Origin: Bacteriovoracaceae bacterium
GTDB taxonomy: Bacteria > Bdellovibrionota > Bacteriovoracia > Bacteriovoracales > Bacteriovoracaceae
Assembly: GCA_048270185.1 (NCBI GenBank)
Contig: JBLWTJ010000003.1
Span: forward strand, 256,001 to 320,000
DNA length: 64,000 nucleotides
Direction of reading: 5' to 3'
Numbering within the stretch: position 1 is the stretch's first letter; the number at the start of each line of letters is the position of its first letter. The notes under the pieces are model-generated. The model searched no databases. It had not been told where the DNA came from and was given only the letters and a program-made list of their open reading frames with translations. Both the position numbers and the translations under genes were made by a program. Below are positions 1 to 8,271 of the stretch, piece after piece.

Positions 1-532
1 AAGTTAGGAAGTAGTGTTTAAGTTCTGCAATAACTGCTGCTGGAACTTGATCAATATCAGTCATATGTCCAAACATTGCATCGTCTTTTAAAACAGCAAT
101 GATCTTATCATCTATTTCGCCACCATCTAGCATTCTGAACCCACCAATTGGCACACAATTTACTAGAATATCGCCTTGCTTGATATTTTTTTCAGTAAGA
201 ACACAAATATCGATTGGATCAAGGTCACCAACAATTCCTGTGCGCTTAGTTTCATCTTCAGCAAATTTCGCTGATTTCTTATCTGAATATGTTCTTGGAA
301 TTAACCCGTAAAGCTGTGGAATAATATTTGAGAATTTCTGTGGACGATCAACCATTAGGTATCCACTTTCTTTGTGTACTTCATACTTAACACGATCGTT
401 TGGAGTAATTTCGATATAAGCGTTTAGAACTTTCTTGTCTTGATCGTCCCAAGTCTTAATTCCGTGCCAAGGATTTGGCCTAAACATCTTTCCATATTTT
501 TCTAAAAAATCATTTAGCTCTGCGTTAGTCAT
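1..532 (-). CDS. ppa: Family I inorganic pyrophosphatase (3' end runs off the window)
   Basis: Not in the ORF track. Manual translation from ATG at 532 (AAGGA RBS upstream) gives MTNAELNDFLEKYGKMFRPNPWHG...VKYEVHKESGYLMVDRP...YGLIPRTY...GDLDPIDICVL...DGGEIDDKIIAV, which are PPase family I motifs. Confidence 0.92.
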   Translation of the reverse strand, partial: MTNAELNDFLEKYGKMFRPNPWHGIKTWDDQDKKVLNAYIEITPNDRVKYEVHKESGYLMVDRPQKFSNIIPQLYGLIPRTYSDKKSAKFAEDETKRTGIVGDLDPIDICVLTEKNIKQGDILVNCVPIGGFRMLDGGEIDDKIIAVLKDDAMFGHMTDIDQVPAAVIAELKHYFLT

Positions 533-613
533 GGTAATTCCTTTTGATAATTATTTTGAAAATAACTTAGCACAAAGAGAATTTAGTGCCAATGACTAAC
601 AGTCTCTGGCCGA

Positions 614-1069
614 CTACTTCGTAAAGAATTTAATGATTTCAGCAAAGGCAGACTTTCGACTTGTATCCTGAGAGCGTTCGTTGAAATTTCTGATTGATTC
701 GGCGCTATGTGTTGTCGCGTTAAGAATTCCAATTTTGGACTCAATCTCACCTAAGATTTTCTTTAAATAAGCTTCTTCCTTAGGGTCGAGGTCATCTGAG
801 CGAAAGAGAATATTGGCCAAGTGGTGGAGTTGTGAGAGGTGGGCCGGAAAGTTTACTTTATCGAGGAATTCATCTGGACGATGGCGGCCCTCGAGATCAT
901 CATAAAGAGTTTGTCGATCTTCATCTGTGAGCTTGGCCTTTTCGATAAACTCAAGAATAAGCTCTCTTTCTTGTTTCGTCACCACATTGTCGAGGTGTGA
1001 AACTGAGATTAGTGTTCGCCACATATTAAAAAAACTTTCATATTTCTTTTCGTCAGATAAGTTGTTCAT
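614..1069 (-). CDS. TerB/DUF533-like small helical protein
   Basis: Twice-repeated TerB-like pattern: HLDNVVTKQERELI and RSDDLDPKEEAYL. Confidence 0.6.
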   Translation of the reverse strand: MNNLSDEKKYESFFNMWRTLISVSHLDNVVTKQERELILEFIEKAKLTDEDRQTLYDDLEGRHRPDEFLDKVNFPAHLSQLHHLANILFRSDDLDPKEEAYLKKILGEIESKIGILNATTHSAESIRNFNERSQDTSRKSAFAEIIKFFTK

Positions 1070-1183
1070 AAATATACTTTAGCATACTTGAGATTTCAGT
1101 TACTTAGATAGGTCATACTTTGCCTAGTAAAAGAGGAACTATAAAGAAGGTATAATTTAGATAAGGGGCGGTAGTATTTATCT

Positions 1184-3115
1184 ATGAAAGTCGACGATTA
1201 TGGTAAGAAAATTACGCAAATGAATGTGGAGCAGCGAAAGCAGCTTGATCGCATTCGTGAAGGCTACCAGTCCACACTCAAGAATATTCAAGATCAAAGT
1301 GATCAAAAAATTAAAACAATTAAGCACGAGCACGCTAAGAAGCAACAAGCTGCTATCGTTGAGAACCAAGAAAATATTTTAGAAGCATCTAAAAAGGCCA
1401 AAGAAGCCTTAGAAAAGTCCAAAGAAATGTTTCGTGAAAAGAATCAGTCGATTAAAGAAGATTTTCGCCAAACTTCAAAAGAACAAAAGGCTAATTTTGA
1501 TGAAAAGCTTGCCACAATAAAGCAAGCTTACGCCGATACTGTTGAGCAAAAAGATGTTGCTCATTCTAAAAGAATTGAGTCTCAAAAAGCACGCTCTCAA
1601 GAGCGTATCGCTTTAAATCGTGACCGCTTTCAAGATCAAATAAAGAGCTTAAATAAGCATAGTGAAGAATCAACAAAGAAGTTAAATTCAGATTTTAGTA
1701 AGCGTGAGAGTGCGCAAGTTAGGGATGCACGTGAAAAACTTAGTGATCTCAAGGCCGAGTTCTCAATTGAAAATCGCGATCTAAAGAATGAAGCCGATAA
1801 GAGCCTTCGTAAAGTTGTGGATGAAGGAAAGAGACGTGAAGACTTTCTTGTTGAAACGAAGAAGCAAGCTTTAGAAGAGGCCAATACTGGATACCGTCGT
1901 CAAATTGAGGCCAAGCAAGAAGGTATTGATCATATTGCACGTGAACTTCATTTAAAGACACAAAAGAGTCTACAAGATCAGCGTCTTGATCATCAAAAAG
2001 AAGTAGCAGGTCTTATCAGAGATCAAAAGAGTATAAGAGAAGATATCAAAGGGGATCATAAGCTTGATATTGCTCGCTTTAAAAGTTCTGGAGTTATGAA
2101 AGAAGTTGAGCAAAAAGGGATTAAGGATACTTATGAACTAAAGCTTGATCGTTTAAAAGACTTGAATGCGGCCACAATCAAGGACTTCGAAGATAAATTG
2201 CGTGATAAAGATATTGCAGTGACAAAGAGAGTTAAGGATCAGTCTCGAGATCAACAAGTTCGTTTCAATGAATTCAAAGATGAAATGAGAAATAACATGG
2301 ATGAGATCCAACTACGTTCTCAAAAACAACATGAGATAAAAGAAGCTCAGTATAATCGTAATATCACTAATGAAAAGAAAGTGGCCGAAGATAATAGTGT
2401 GCAAAAAGAAAACCAATATCGTGAGCTACTCGATAGTCAACGTGAGCACTTCAGAAATAACCTAGTTCGAACAGAAGAGAAGAATATAGAGACGGTAAAG
2501 TCACTTCAAGATTCTTTTAGAGAAGAAAAAGTCGAAATTAATGCCCGAAATCATGATATGTACGCTGATACTTTAAAGAGTCATCGTGAAGAGATGGATA
2601 AGAAGATCACAGATATTCAATCTTCTTATGAGAACAAATTTAAACTTCAAAGTGAACAATTAAAGAAGTCCATTGATGAGGCCCAAGAAAAACTTTATAT
2701 GCTTAGCTCCTCATCAAAGAATAAATTAAGAGCTGAAAGTAAGTTCTTTCAAGAGCAGTCACGCATGCAAAGAGCTGAGATGAAAGAGAACGTTGATCAT
2801 ATAAAGGATCAATATGAGAAGAAGTTCCAAACTCTTCGAGATGATTTCACAAGCCGCTTAAAAATGGTTAAAAGAGAAAATGATGTGAAGCTTTCACGTA
2901 TGACCCATAATCATAATATGGAAAAACAGAAAATGACTGCTGATTATAATACTGACATGAGAAGAAAGCTTAATATGGCCCAGAAGAAATTAGAGAGACA
3001 AATGAGTGACTCTAAAAGGCTAAGAGATTCTCTTGTGGCAAGTTACGAAGAGAAGATTAAAAACTTAAAGAAACAATACGAATTAAAACAAATTAAAGAA
3101 TATAAAAACGTCTAA
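1184..3115 (+). CDS. Long all-coiled-coil protein (643 aa), unknown function
   Basis: K/E/Q/R/D-rich, no Pro, Cys or Trp seen, no signal peptide. The stop overlaps the dtd start (TAATG). Confidence 0.8.
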   Translation: MKVDDYGKKITQMNVEQRKQLDRIREGYQSTLKNIQDQSDQKIKTIKHEHAKKQQAAIVENQENILEASKKAKEALEKSKEMFREKNQSIKEDFRQTSKEQKANFDEKLATIKQAYADTVEQKDVAHSKRIESQKARSQERIALNRDRFQDQIKSLNKHSEESTKKLNSDFSKRESAQVRDAREKLSDLKAEFSIENRDLKNEADKSLRKVVDEGKRREDFLVETKKQALEEANTGYRRQIEAKQEGIDHIARELHLKTQKSLQDQRLDHQKEVAGLIRDQKSIREDIKGDHKLDIARFKSSGVMKEVEQKGIKDTYELKLDRLKDLNAATIKDFEDKLRDKDIAVTKRVKDQSRDQQVRFNEFKDEMRNNMDEIQLRSQKQHEIKEAQYNRNITNEKKVAEDNSVQKENQYRELLDSQREHFRNNLVRTEEKNIETVKSLQDSFREEKVEINARNHDMYADTLKSHREEMDKKITDIQSSYENKFKLQSEQLKKSIDEAQEKLYMLSSSSKNKLRAESKFFQEQSRMQRAEMKENVDHIKDQYEKKFQTLRDDFTSRLKMVKRENDVKLSRMTHNHNMEKQKMTADYNTDMRRKLNMAQKKLERQMSDSKRLRDSLVASYEEKIKNLKKQYELKQIKEYKNV

Positions 3116-3549
3116 TGAAAATCGTCGTCCAAAGAGTATCTAGCTCGCAAGTAAAAGTTCATGGTGAAATTGTAGGAAGCATAGGGAAGGGTTTAAACCT
3201 TCTTGTCTGTATTGAACATCAAGATAATCAAGAAACTATTAAGAAGGCCTGTGAGAAGATTATCGCCCTTAGAATCTTCTCTGATGAAGCGGGGCGAATG
3301 AATAAATCCATTGTTGATATTCAAGGAAGTATTCTGGCAATTTCCCAATTCACTCTTTCGTGGAATGGAAAGAAAGGCAATCGACCAAGTTTTGATGGAA
3401 GTGCAAAACCTGAAGTGGCCAATAAGTTATTTAATGAATTTGTTCAGATACTAAGAAATACTGTCCCAGTTGAGACGGGAGTCTTTGGTGAAAGTATGGC
3501 CGTCGAAATAACTAACGACGGCCCAGTTACTTTTCATATTGAATTTTAA
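3115..3549 (+). CDS. dtd: D-aminoacyl-tRNA deacylase
   Basis: MKIVVQRV, SQFTL, KGNRPSF and NDGPVT motifs. Confidence 0.97.
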   Translation: MKIVVQRVSSSQVKVHGEIVGSIGKGLNLLVCIEHQDNQETIKKACEKIIALRIFSDEAGRMNKSIVDIQGSILAISQFTLSWNGKKGNRPSFDGSAKPEVANKLFNEFVQILRNTVPVETGVFGESMAVEITNDGPVTFHIEF

Positions 3550-3550
3550 A

Positions 3551-3784
3551 TTAAGCTGTAACTTTTGATTTTGATCCTTGCTTTTCTCTTCTTTCAAGCG
3601 CAACAGCAGCCTTCCAGATACCAGCAAAGATGAATGCGAATACAATAAAGAATGTCGCAATGTGTAGAACCTCAATCGTTAGTGATGAAGCAACAAATTT
3701 TGCTTCTCTAACTGGCTCAAGCATTTCGCCTTTTGGAACAATTGACGATACAAATACCTTAGCTTTTTCCATTTTGGTCTCCAT
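3551..3784 (-). CDS. Small single-pass membrane protein
   Basis: One hydrophobic segment (VLHIATFFIVFAFIFAGIW) followed by a basic tail. Fills the intergenic space. Confidence 0.6.
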   Translation of the reverse strand: METKMEKAKVFVSSIVPKGEMLEPVREAKFVASSLTIEVLHIATFFIVFAFIFAGIWKAAVALERREKQGSKSKVTA

Positions 3785-4010
3785 TTAAGTAAGTGATTTT
3801 TCGATTATATTAAATAAATTTAAACCGAAGTCTAGCATAAATTTACCCTAAAAACTACTTTGGAAGTATGACCTAGGTCATCTTTTACAAGATTGTAATT
3901 TTCTATATAAATTTCATATCTAATATGCAAGTATAGACATCTAGATTCAGGTGTTTTAAATACATATTGTTTAAAATGATGATGTTTCAAATATATTCTT
4001 AGGGGGAATT

Positions 4011-4580
4011 ATGAAGCTTTTAAAAATGGCCCTATTAGCAGGCCTTTTAGTTAGTTGTACAGAATTTAAAGGAAATCTTTCAGTTAACTCTGAAATCACT
4101 CTTAAATCAAAAGATAAGACTCTTACTCTTGCAGAGGGAACTTATCGTGCAAAAATTAAATTTCTATCAAAAAAGAAAATGAAGATTGAAGTTGGTGATA
4201 AAAAACTAAAAGTTAAATTTGATGATAAATTTAGACTTCCTTCAAATGGTGAATTCTTCTTATCTAAAGACGATACTTCACTTAATTACGATTTAGCTGG
4301 AACTGTCGAAACAGAAGTAGAAAGAGGTGAAGTACGTTTTCACACTGAATTCTGTGATGTAATGATTCCTGTAACAAGATGTAATCGTCGTGTATGCCAC
4401 ACTGACTACCATAGAGTTCCTGGTTTCAGAAATATTGAATACAGAGATGATATCGTAAGCAAAGTATTCAAAATTGACTTCGCTGATGCTGGACAAACAA
4501 CTTCGACATTTGACGCTACTTCGGTTGATCGCAATAGAGTATACCTATACCAAGGTGCTTGTTTAACTCGTCGTTACTAA
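4011..4580 (+). CDS. Lipoprotein, unknown function (Cys-containing beta-rich C-terminus)
   Basis: Lipobox LVSC, GGGGGA RBS, followed by a terminator. Confidence 0.8.
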   Translation: MKLLKMALLAGLLVSCTEFKGNLSVNSEITLKSKDKTLTLAEGTYRAKIKFLSKKKMKIEVGDKKLKVKFDDKFRLPSNGEFFLSKDDTSLNYDLAGTVETEVERGEVRFHTEFCDVMIPVTRCNRRVCHTDYHRVPGFRNIEYRDDIVSKVFKIDFADAGQTTSTFDATSVDRNRVYLYQGACLTRRY

Positions 4581-4601
4581 GAAAAAATCAATTGATATAA
4601 A

Positions 4602-4631
4602 AAAGAAGGCCTCTTAATAGAGGCCTTCTTT
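4602..4631. terminator. Bidirectional intrinsic terminator between convergent genes
   Basis: aaagaaggcctct-taat-agaggccttcttt hairpin with A/T flanks; overlaps the TM2 gene stop. Confidence 0.8.
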
Positions 4632-5039
4632 ATTGATTTCATCGATTTGTTCGTTGAGGGTCCAGAAGTCGTAGAGAATACCAAAGAGAAAAAAGCCACC
4701 TGTTAGTAGGTAGACAATCCCCATAATGATTTTTCCTTGATAGAATTTGTGAATCCCAAAAATACCCAGAAAAGTTAGTAGTACCCAAGCGATATTATAA
4801 TCAAGAACTCCTTGAACATATTTAACATCACAATCCTCATCCATTCCTGGAATTAAGAAGAGGTCAACGATCCAACCTATTCCAAATAGCCCAAAAGTGA
4901 ACATCCAGATTGTTCCTGAAACTGGCTTTCCAAAGTAGAAACGGTGAGAGCCCATAAAACCGAAGAGCCACAGAAGGTAGCCCATAACAGCGCTATGAGA
5001 GTCATTTCTAAATGGACTTAGACTTTTCGTTTCGCTCAT
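4614..5039 (-). CDS. TM2-domain membrane protein (two TM2 repeats)
   Basis: GFMGSHRFYFGK and GIFGIHKFYQGK match the TM2 G-x-H-[RK]-F-Y-x-G signature. Confidence 0.9.
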   Translation of the reverse strand: MSETKSLSPFRNDSHSAVMGYLLWLFGFMGSHRFYFGKPVSGTIWMFTFGLFGIGWIVDLFLIPGMDEDCDVKYVQGVLDYNIAWVLLTFLGIFGIHKFYQGKIIMGIVYLLTGGFFLFGILYDFWTLNEQIDEINKEGLY

Positions 5040-5383
5040 TACTTATACTCCTTTAAGGCCCATGGAGGGGCGAGTCGCTCAGACAGAAGAAGATCAAAAC
5101 AATCTTCAATTTTCTCAAAGACTTCCTTAGCTTCAAAGAAATCCTCAAGCTCTTCCATTTGCTCTTCATGTTCGGTTGAGAGGGGGATTCCTGTTATAAT
5201 AAAGTTTAACTCTTCACCTTCAAATTTTGCATTGATATGTAGGTTATGAAATTTCATTTCATTTTTCTTGTACTTTGTTAACTTCTCGTCAGAGAGAAAG
5301 AGAAAGTATTTATCACTGGTATCTGGTCCAATTTCAGTTGAAAAGAAGTATTCAATTTCATTAAATTCACAAGAGAACTTCAT
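5039..5383 (-). CDS. Hypothetical acidic protein
   Basis: 114-aa ORF coupled to the TM2 gene by a 1-nt overlap. Confidence 0.65.
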   Translation of the reverse strand: MKFSCEFNEIEYFFSTEIGPDTSDKYFLFLSDEKLTKYKKNEMKFHNLHINAKFEGEELNFIITGIPLSTEHEEQMEELEDFFEAKEVFEKIEDCFDLLLSERLAPPWALKEYK

Positions 5384-5491
5384 ATTTTGCTCACTACTGT
5401 CGCGGTTTATATTTTGAGTTACACTAGTATTATACTAGACTTGGAGATATATGTGAAAGTTGATTATTTAAAAGACTTAGACGGGGAAGAT

Positions 5492-5755
5492 ATGAACGAA
5501 AATGACAACGTGAAGGAAAGAAAAGAGCCGCGTCGTATTCTTGTGGGAAGTGATAAGAAGACTCTTAACCTTACTGATAAGGATATACTCATTGTTGCTT
5601 CTAAACTAAAGAAGTATATCAAAGATAAGCATGGCCTAAATACTTCCGCAAATGTCATGGACATTTTATCTGACATTGTCCGTGTAAAGTGCGATGCTGC
5701 AGCTCAAAGAGCAAAGCAGAGAGGCCGTAAGACTTTGCAGGATAAAGATTTTTAG
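5492..5755 (+). CDS. Bacterial histone-fold protein (Bd0055/HBb-like) with N-terminal extension
   Basis: ILIVASKLKKYIKDKHGLNTSANVMDILS...AKQRGRKTLQDKDF shows histone-fold helices and an RKTxxxxD loop-2 motif. Start taken at ATG 5492 (GGGGAAG upstream); GTG 5453 with GGAG is an alternative. Confidence 0.88.
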   Translation: MNENDNVKERKEPRRILVGSDKKTLNLTDKDILIVASKLKKYIKDKHGLNTSANVMDILSDIVRVKCDAAAQRAKQRGRKTLQDKDF

Positions 5756-5758
5756 AGA

Positions 5759-6313
5759 ATGAATAAATTAGAAGAAATTGCCCGTGGTGTTGAGCTTGTC
5801 TCTAGCGCCACTAAATCATCAGTGACCTTATTTGGGGGGAGCTTCCATCCATTTCATGAAGGTCACCTCGAATGCCTTAACCAATGCCTTGAATTTGAAG
5901 ATAATATCATTATCGTTTTAGATTACAGTCCATGGAAGTCTAATGAGCAAGAAGATCCTTATGGTGAGTATCTAAAGATAAAAGAGGCGACGGATGGCCG
6001 CTTTCCTATCTATACAGGATTTTGGGCAAAGAAGCTAAGACGTCCAACCTATGAGTGGTTACAAGAAATTGAATACCCTGAAATCAATTGGCTTATGGGA
6101 GATGATACCTTTGGATCATTTCTAAAATGGTTTGAAGTTGAAAAGGTATGCCAAAGACTTTCTAAAATCTATGTTGTTCCTCGTGAAGAGAAGATGGATG
6201 AATATAGAGAAGTTGAAAAGAAGATTAGAGAGTTTAATTCAAAGCTTGAGGTTGTCTATCTTAAGCCTCATGCGTTTCAGGAATTAAGTTCGACGCAAAT
6301 AAGATCAAAGTAG
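5759..6313 (+). CDS. nadD: Nicotinate-nucleotide adenylyltransferase-like (HxGH nucleotidyltransferase)
   Basis: LFGGSFHPFHEGH, WLMGDD..W and C-terminal LSSTQIR. Confidence 0.82.
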   Translation: MNKLEEIARGVELVSSATKSSVTLFGGSFHPFHEGHLECLNQCLEFEDNIIIVLDYSPWKSNEQEDPYGEYLKIKEATDGRFPIYTGFWAKKLRRPTYEWLQEIEYPEINWLMGDDTFGSFLKWFEVEKVCQRLSKIYVVPREEKMDEYREVEKKIREFNSKLEVVYLKPHAFQELSSTQIRSK

Positions 6314-6332
6314 AAATAGGAAAGGCTAAGAG

Positions 6333-6433
6333 TAAATGGCTAAGAATAAGAGTTTAAAAATAAATGGCTAAGAATAAGAGTCTAAAAATAAATGGCTAAG
6401 AATAAGAGTCTAAAAATAAATGGCTAAGAATAA
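6333..6433. repeat. 28-bp tandem repeat, about 3.6 copies
   Basis: Unit taaatggctaagaataagagt(t/c)taaaaa at 6333, 6361 and 6389, with a partial copy at 6417. Confidence 0.95.
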
Positions 6434-6466
6434 AAAAGCTCCTTAATAAGGAGCTTTTTTTATTCT
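6427..6466. terminator. Bidirectional intrinsic terminator (histone-nadD versus rpsD transcripts)
   Basis: aaaaaagctcctt-aat-aaggagctttttt hairpin. Confidence 0.85.
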
Positions 6467-6475
6467 GTCGCTTGG

Positions 6476-6607
6476 TCTTTCCCATAGCTCCAGAAACAAC
6501 AAAGCCGGGCTTGAACCCGGCTTGTTGAATAAATAATTTGCCCTCTTCGAGGGGAGCTAGCATCGCGTCCAATAGGTTGCCTTTGGGCAACCAATGCCGC
6601 GAGTGCT
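6476..6607 (-). ncRNA. Candidate structured RNA or palindromic repeat element, copy 1 (3' of rpsD)
   Basis: Multi-hairpin element with conserved blocks and covarying stems shared with 47089-47220. Confidence 0.55.
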
Positions 6608-7239
6608 TACTTAACCTTCCAGTAGTACTCAATAACTAGCTGAGAGTTGAATTCAAATGGAACATCTGATTCAAGTGGTGCAGCAACCATTGAAGCTTTC
6701 TTCTTATCAGAACCTTCAACATTGTAACAAGCTGGAACAGCTGCGAAACGTGGAGTTTCTTGAGTTTGCTTGTAAAGTTGGTTGTTGTAACCTTTCTCAG
6801 TTAGAGAAACAACGTCACCTGTTTTTACGATGAAAGATGAACGGTCAACTTTCTTCCCGTTAACAAGTACTTGTCCGTGAGAAACCATTTGAGATGCAGC
6901 AAGCATTGATGGTGCAAATCCAAGTCTGAAAACAACGTTGTTCAGTCTTGACTCAAGGTTAGTTAGAAGTACTTCCATCCAAGGTTTACCAGCAGTATTC
7001 TTCTTAGCTTGCTTAACGTAAGTAACAAGTTGCTTTTCTCTTAGACCGTAGTGAAATACTAGTTTTTGTTTTTCTTTTAGACGAACGGCATAGTCAGAGA
7101 TTTTCTTTCTTTTGTTACCGTGAACACCTGGACCGTATGGACGACGAGCTAGTGCTCCAGCTTTACCAAGACCTGGAAGTTCAACACCTAGTGCTCTTTG
7201 GATTTTAAAGCGTGATCTCGCTGTAGTACTCTTTGCCAT
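6607..7239 (-). CDS. rpsD: 30S ribosomal protein S4
   Basis: PYGPGVHG, SDYAVRLKEKQK, LESRLNNVVFRLG, QMVSHGQVLVNG and VIEYY. Start moved to ATG 7239, which has an AGGAG RBS. Confidence 0.97.
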   Translation of the reverse strand: MAKSTTARSRFKIQRALGVELPGLGKAGALARRPYGPGVHGNKRKKISDYAVRLKEKQKLVFHYGLREKQLVTYVKQAKKNTAGKPWMEVLLTNLESRLNNVVFRLGFAPSMLAASQMVSHGQVLVNGKKVDRSSFIVKTGDVVSLTEKGYNNQLYKQTQETPRFAAVPACYNVEGSDKKKASMVAAPLESDVPFEFNSQLVIEYYWKVK

Positions 7240-7357
7240 TTGAGGCTCCTTTTGAATATAAAGACATCGGGGACAAGGTATTGCTGCATCACATCTCAAA
7301 GGCTAGAAGCCTTAGGCCCGTCAATCTTAACTTAATAATTTCGGATGCAACTGAAGC

Positions 7358-7386
7358 TTTTTAGCTTTTATGGGGCCTATTGTCAA
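7358..7386 (-). promoter_or_regulatory. Putative sigma-70 promoter for rpsD
   Basis: TTGACA-17 nt-TAAAAA on the minus strand. Confidence 0.5.
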
Positions 7387-7410
7387 CGCTAAATATTAGA
7401 AATTATAGAA

Positions 7411-8271
7411 CTATGAAAATTGCTTTCTAAAGATATCAAGCACTTGGAGAGTTTTGACTCCAGGTTTACCATTTCCGATGCTAGAATGATCAACTTTCAC
7501 AATCGGTACCAGGTACTTTGTTGATGATGTTAGAAAACACTCATCAGCATCTTTCAATTCACTGCCTGAGATATTAGCTTCCTCAAAAGGAATTTTGTGG
7601 GCCGCCAGAATCTTAATGACATTCTCTCGCGTAATACCTTTTAAAAGTCCGGCAGCAATTGGGGGAGTTTTAAATACACCATCTTTAACGATCCAGATAT
7701 TGCTCGTTGTACACTCAGTGACGTTGCCATCTTGGTTTAACATGACAGCATCAAAGTAGCCTGCCTCGCGAGCTTCGTTATAGGCCAAAATATTATTGAG
7801 ATAATTTCCTGATTTAATATTTGGGTCCATGGACTTAACTGGATTTCGAAGCGTTGAAGAAATAATAACTTCAACACCATCGTCGTACCAAGACGTTGGA
7901 TTTTCTGCTAACTCTTTTCCAATGATAATGACATTTTGTTTTTGGGCCGCCTTTGGATCAAGAGTGATTTCTCCTTCACCACGAGTGACGATAACTCGAA
8001 TGTAGCAGCGCTCGTGACCAGCTTCATGAAGCTTTGTCGAAACTTCTTTAATTAGGTCCTCAAATTCTTTGTGAGTATTTTGAAGGATCATATGCATCTT
8101 AAGGGCCGAGTTCTCAAGCCTGGCAAGATGTTCTTTTAAGAATCCGATTTTCCCATTTCGAACTTCTGTTACTTCATAGACTGAATCGCCATAAAGGAAG
8201 CCGCGATCAAAGACTGAAACTTTGGCATCTTCTTGGGAACAAATTTGGCCATTAATACTGATAACTTTCAT
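7411..8271 (-). CDS. Class IV aminotransferase (IlvE/D-amino acid aminotransferase family)
   Basis: DRGFLYGDSVYE, HLARL, IKSGNY (PLP Lys), ECTTSNIW and LLKGITR. Confidence 0.93.
   Translation of the reverse strand: MKVISINGQICSQEDAKVSVFDRGFLYGDSVYEVTEVRNGKIGFLKEHLARLENSALKMHMILQNTHKEFEDLIKEVSTKLHEAGHERCYIRVIVTRGEGEITLDPKAAQKQNVIIIGKELAENPTSWYDDGVEVIISSTLRNPVKSMDPNIKSGNYLNNILAYNEAREAGYFDAVMLNQDGNVTECTTSNIWIVKDGVFKTPPIAAGLLKGITRENVIKILAAHKIPFEEANISGSELKDADECFLTSSTKYLVPIVKVDHSSIGNGKPGVKTLQVLDIFRKQFS

Noticed and set aside
576..591. TGGCAC upstream of ppa as a sigma-54 promoter
   Set aside because: The -12 element reads TCTCT instead of TTGC.
5387..5452. Track start (TTG 5387) for the histone ORF
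   Set aside because: It lies 4 nt from the divergent gene start with no RBS; downstream GTG/ATG starts have SD-like sequences.
6333..6433. 28-bp repeats as a CRISPR array
   Set aside because: The units are directly adjacent with no unique spacers, and there are no cas genes in the window.
6396..6632. 78-aa minus-strand ORF from the track
   Set aside because: It runs through the structured element, terminator and tandem repeat, overlaps rpsD, and has no protein-like features.
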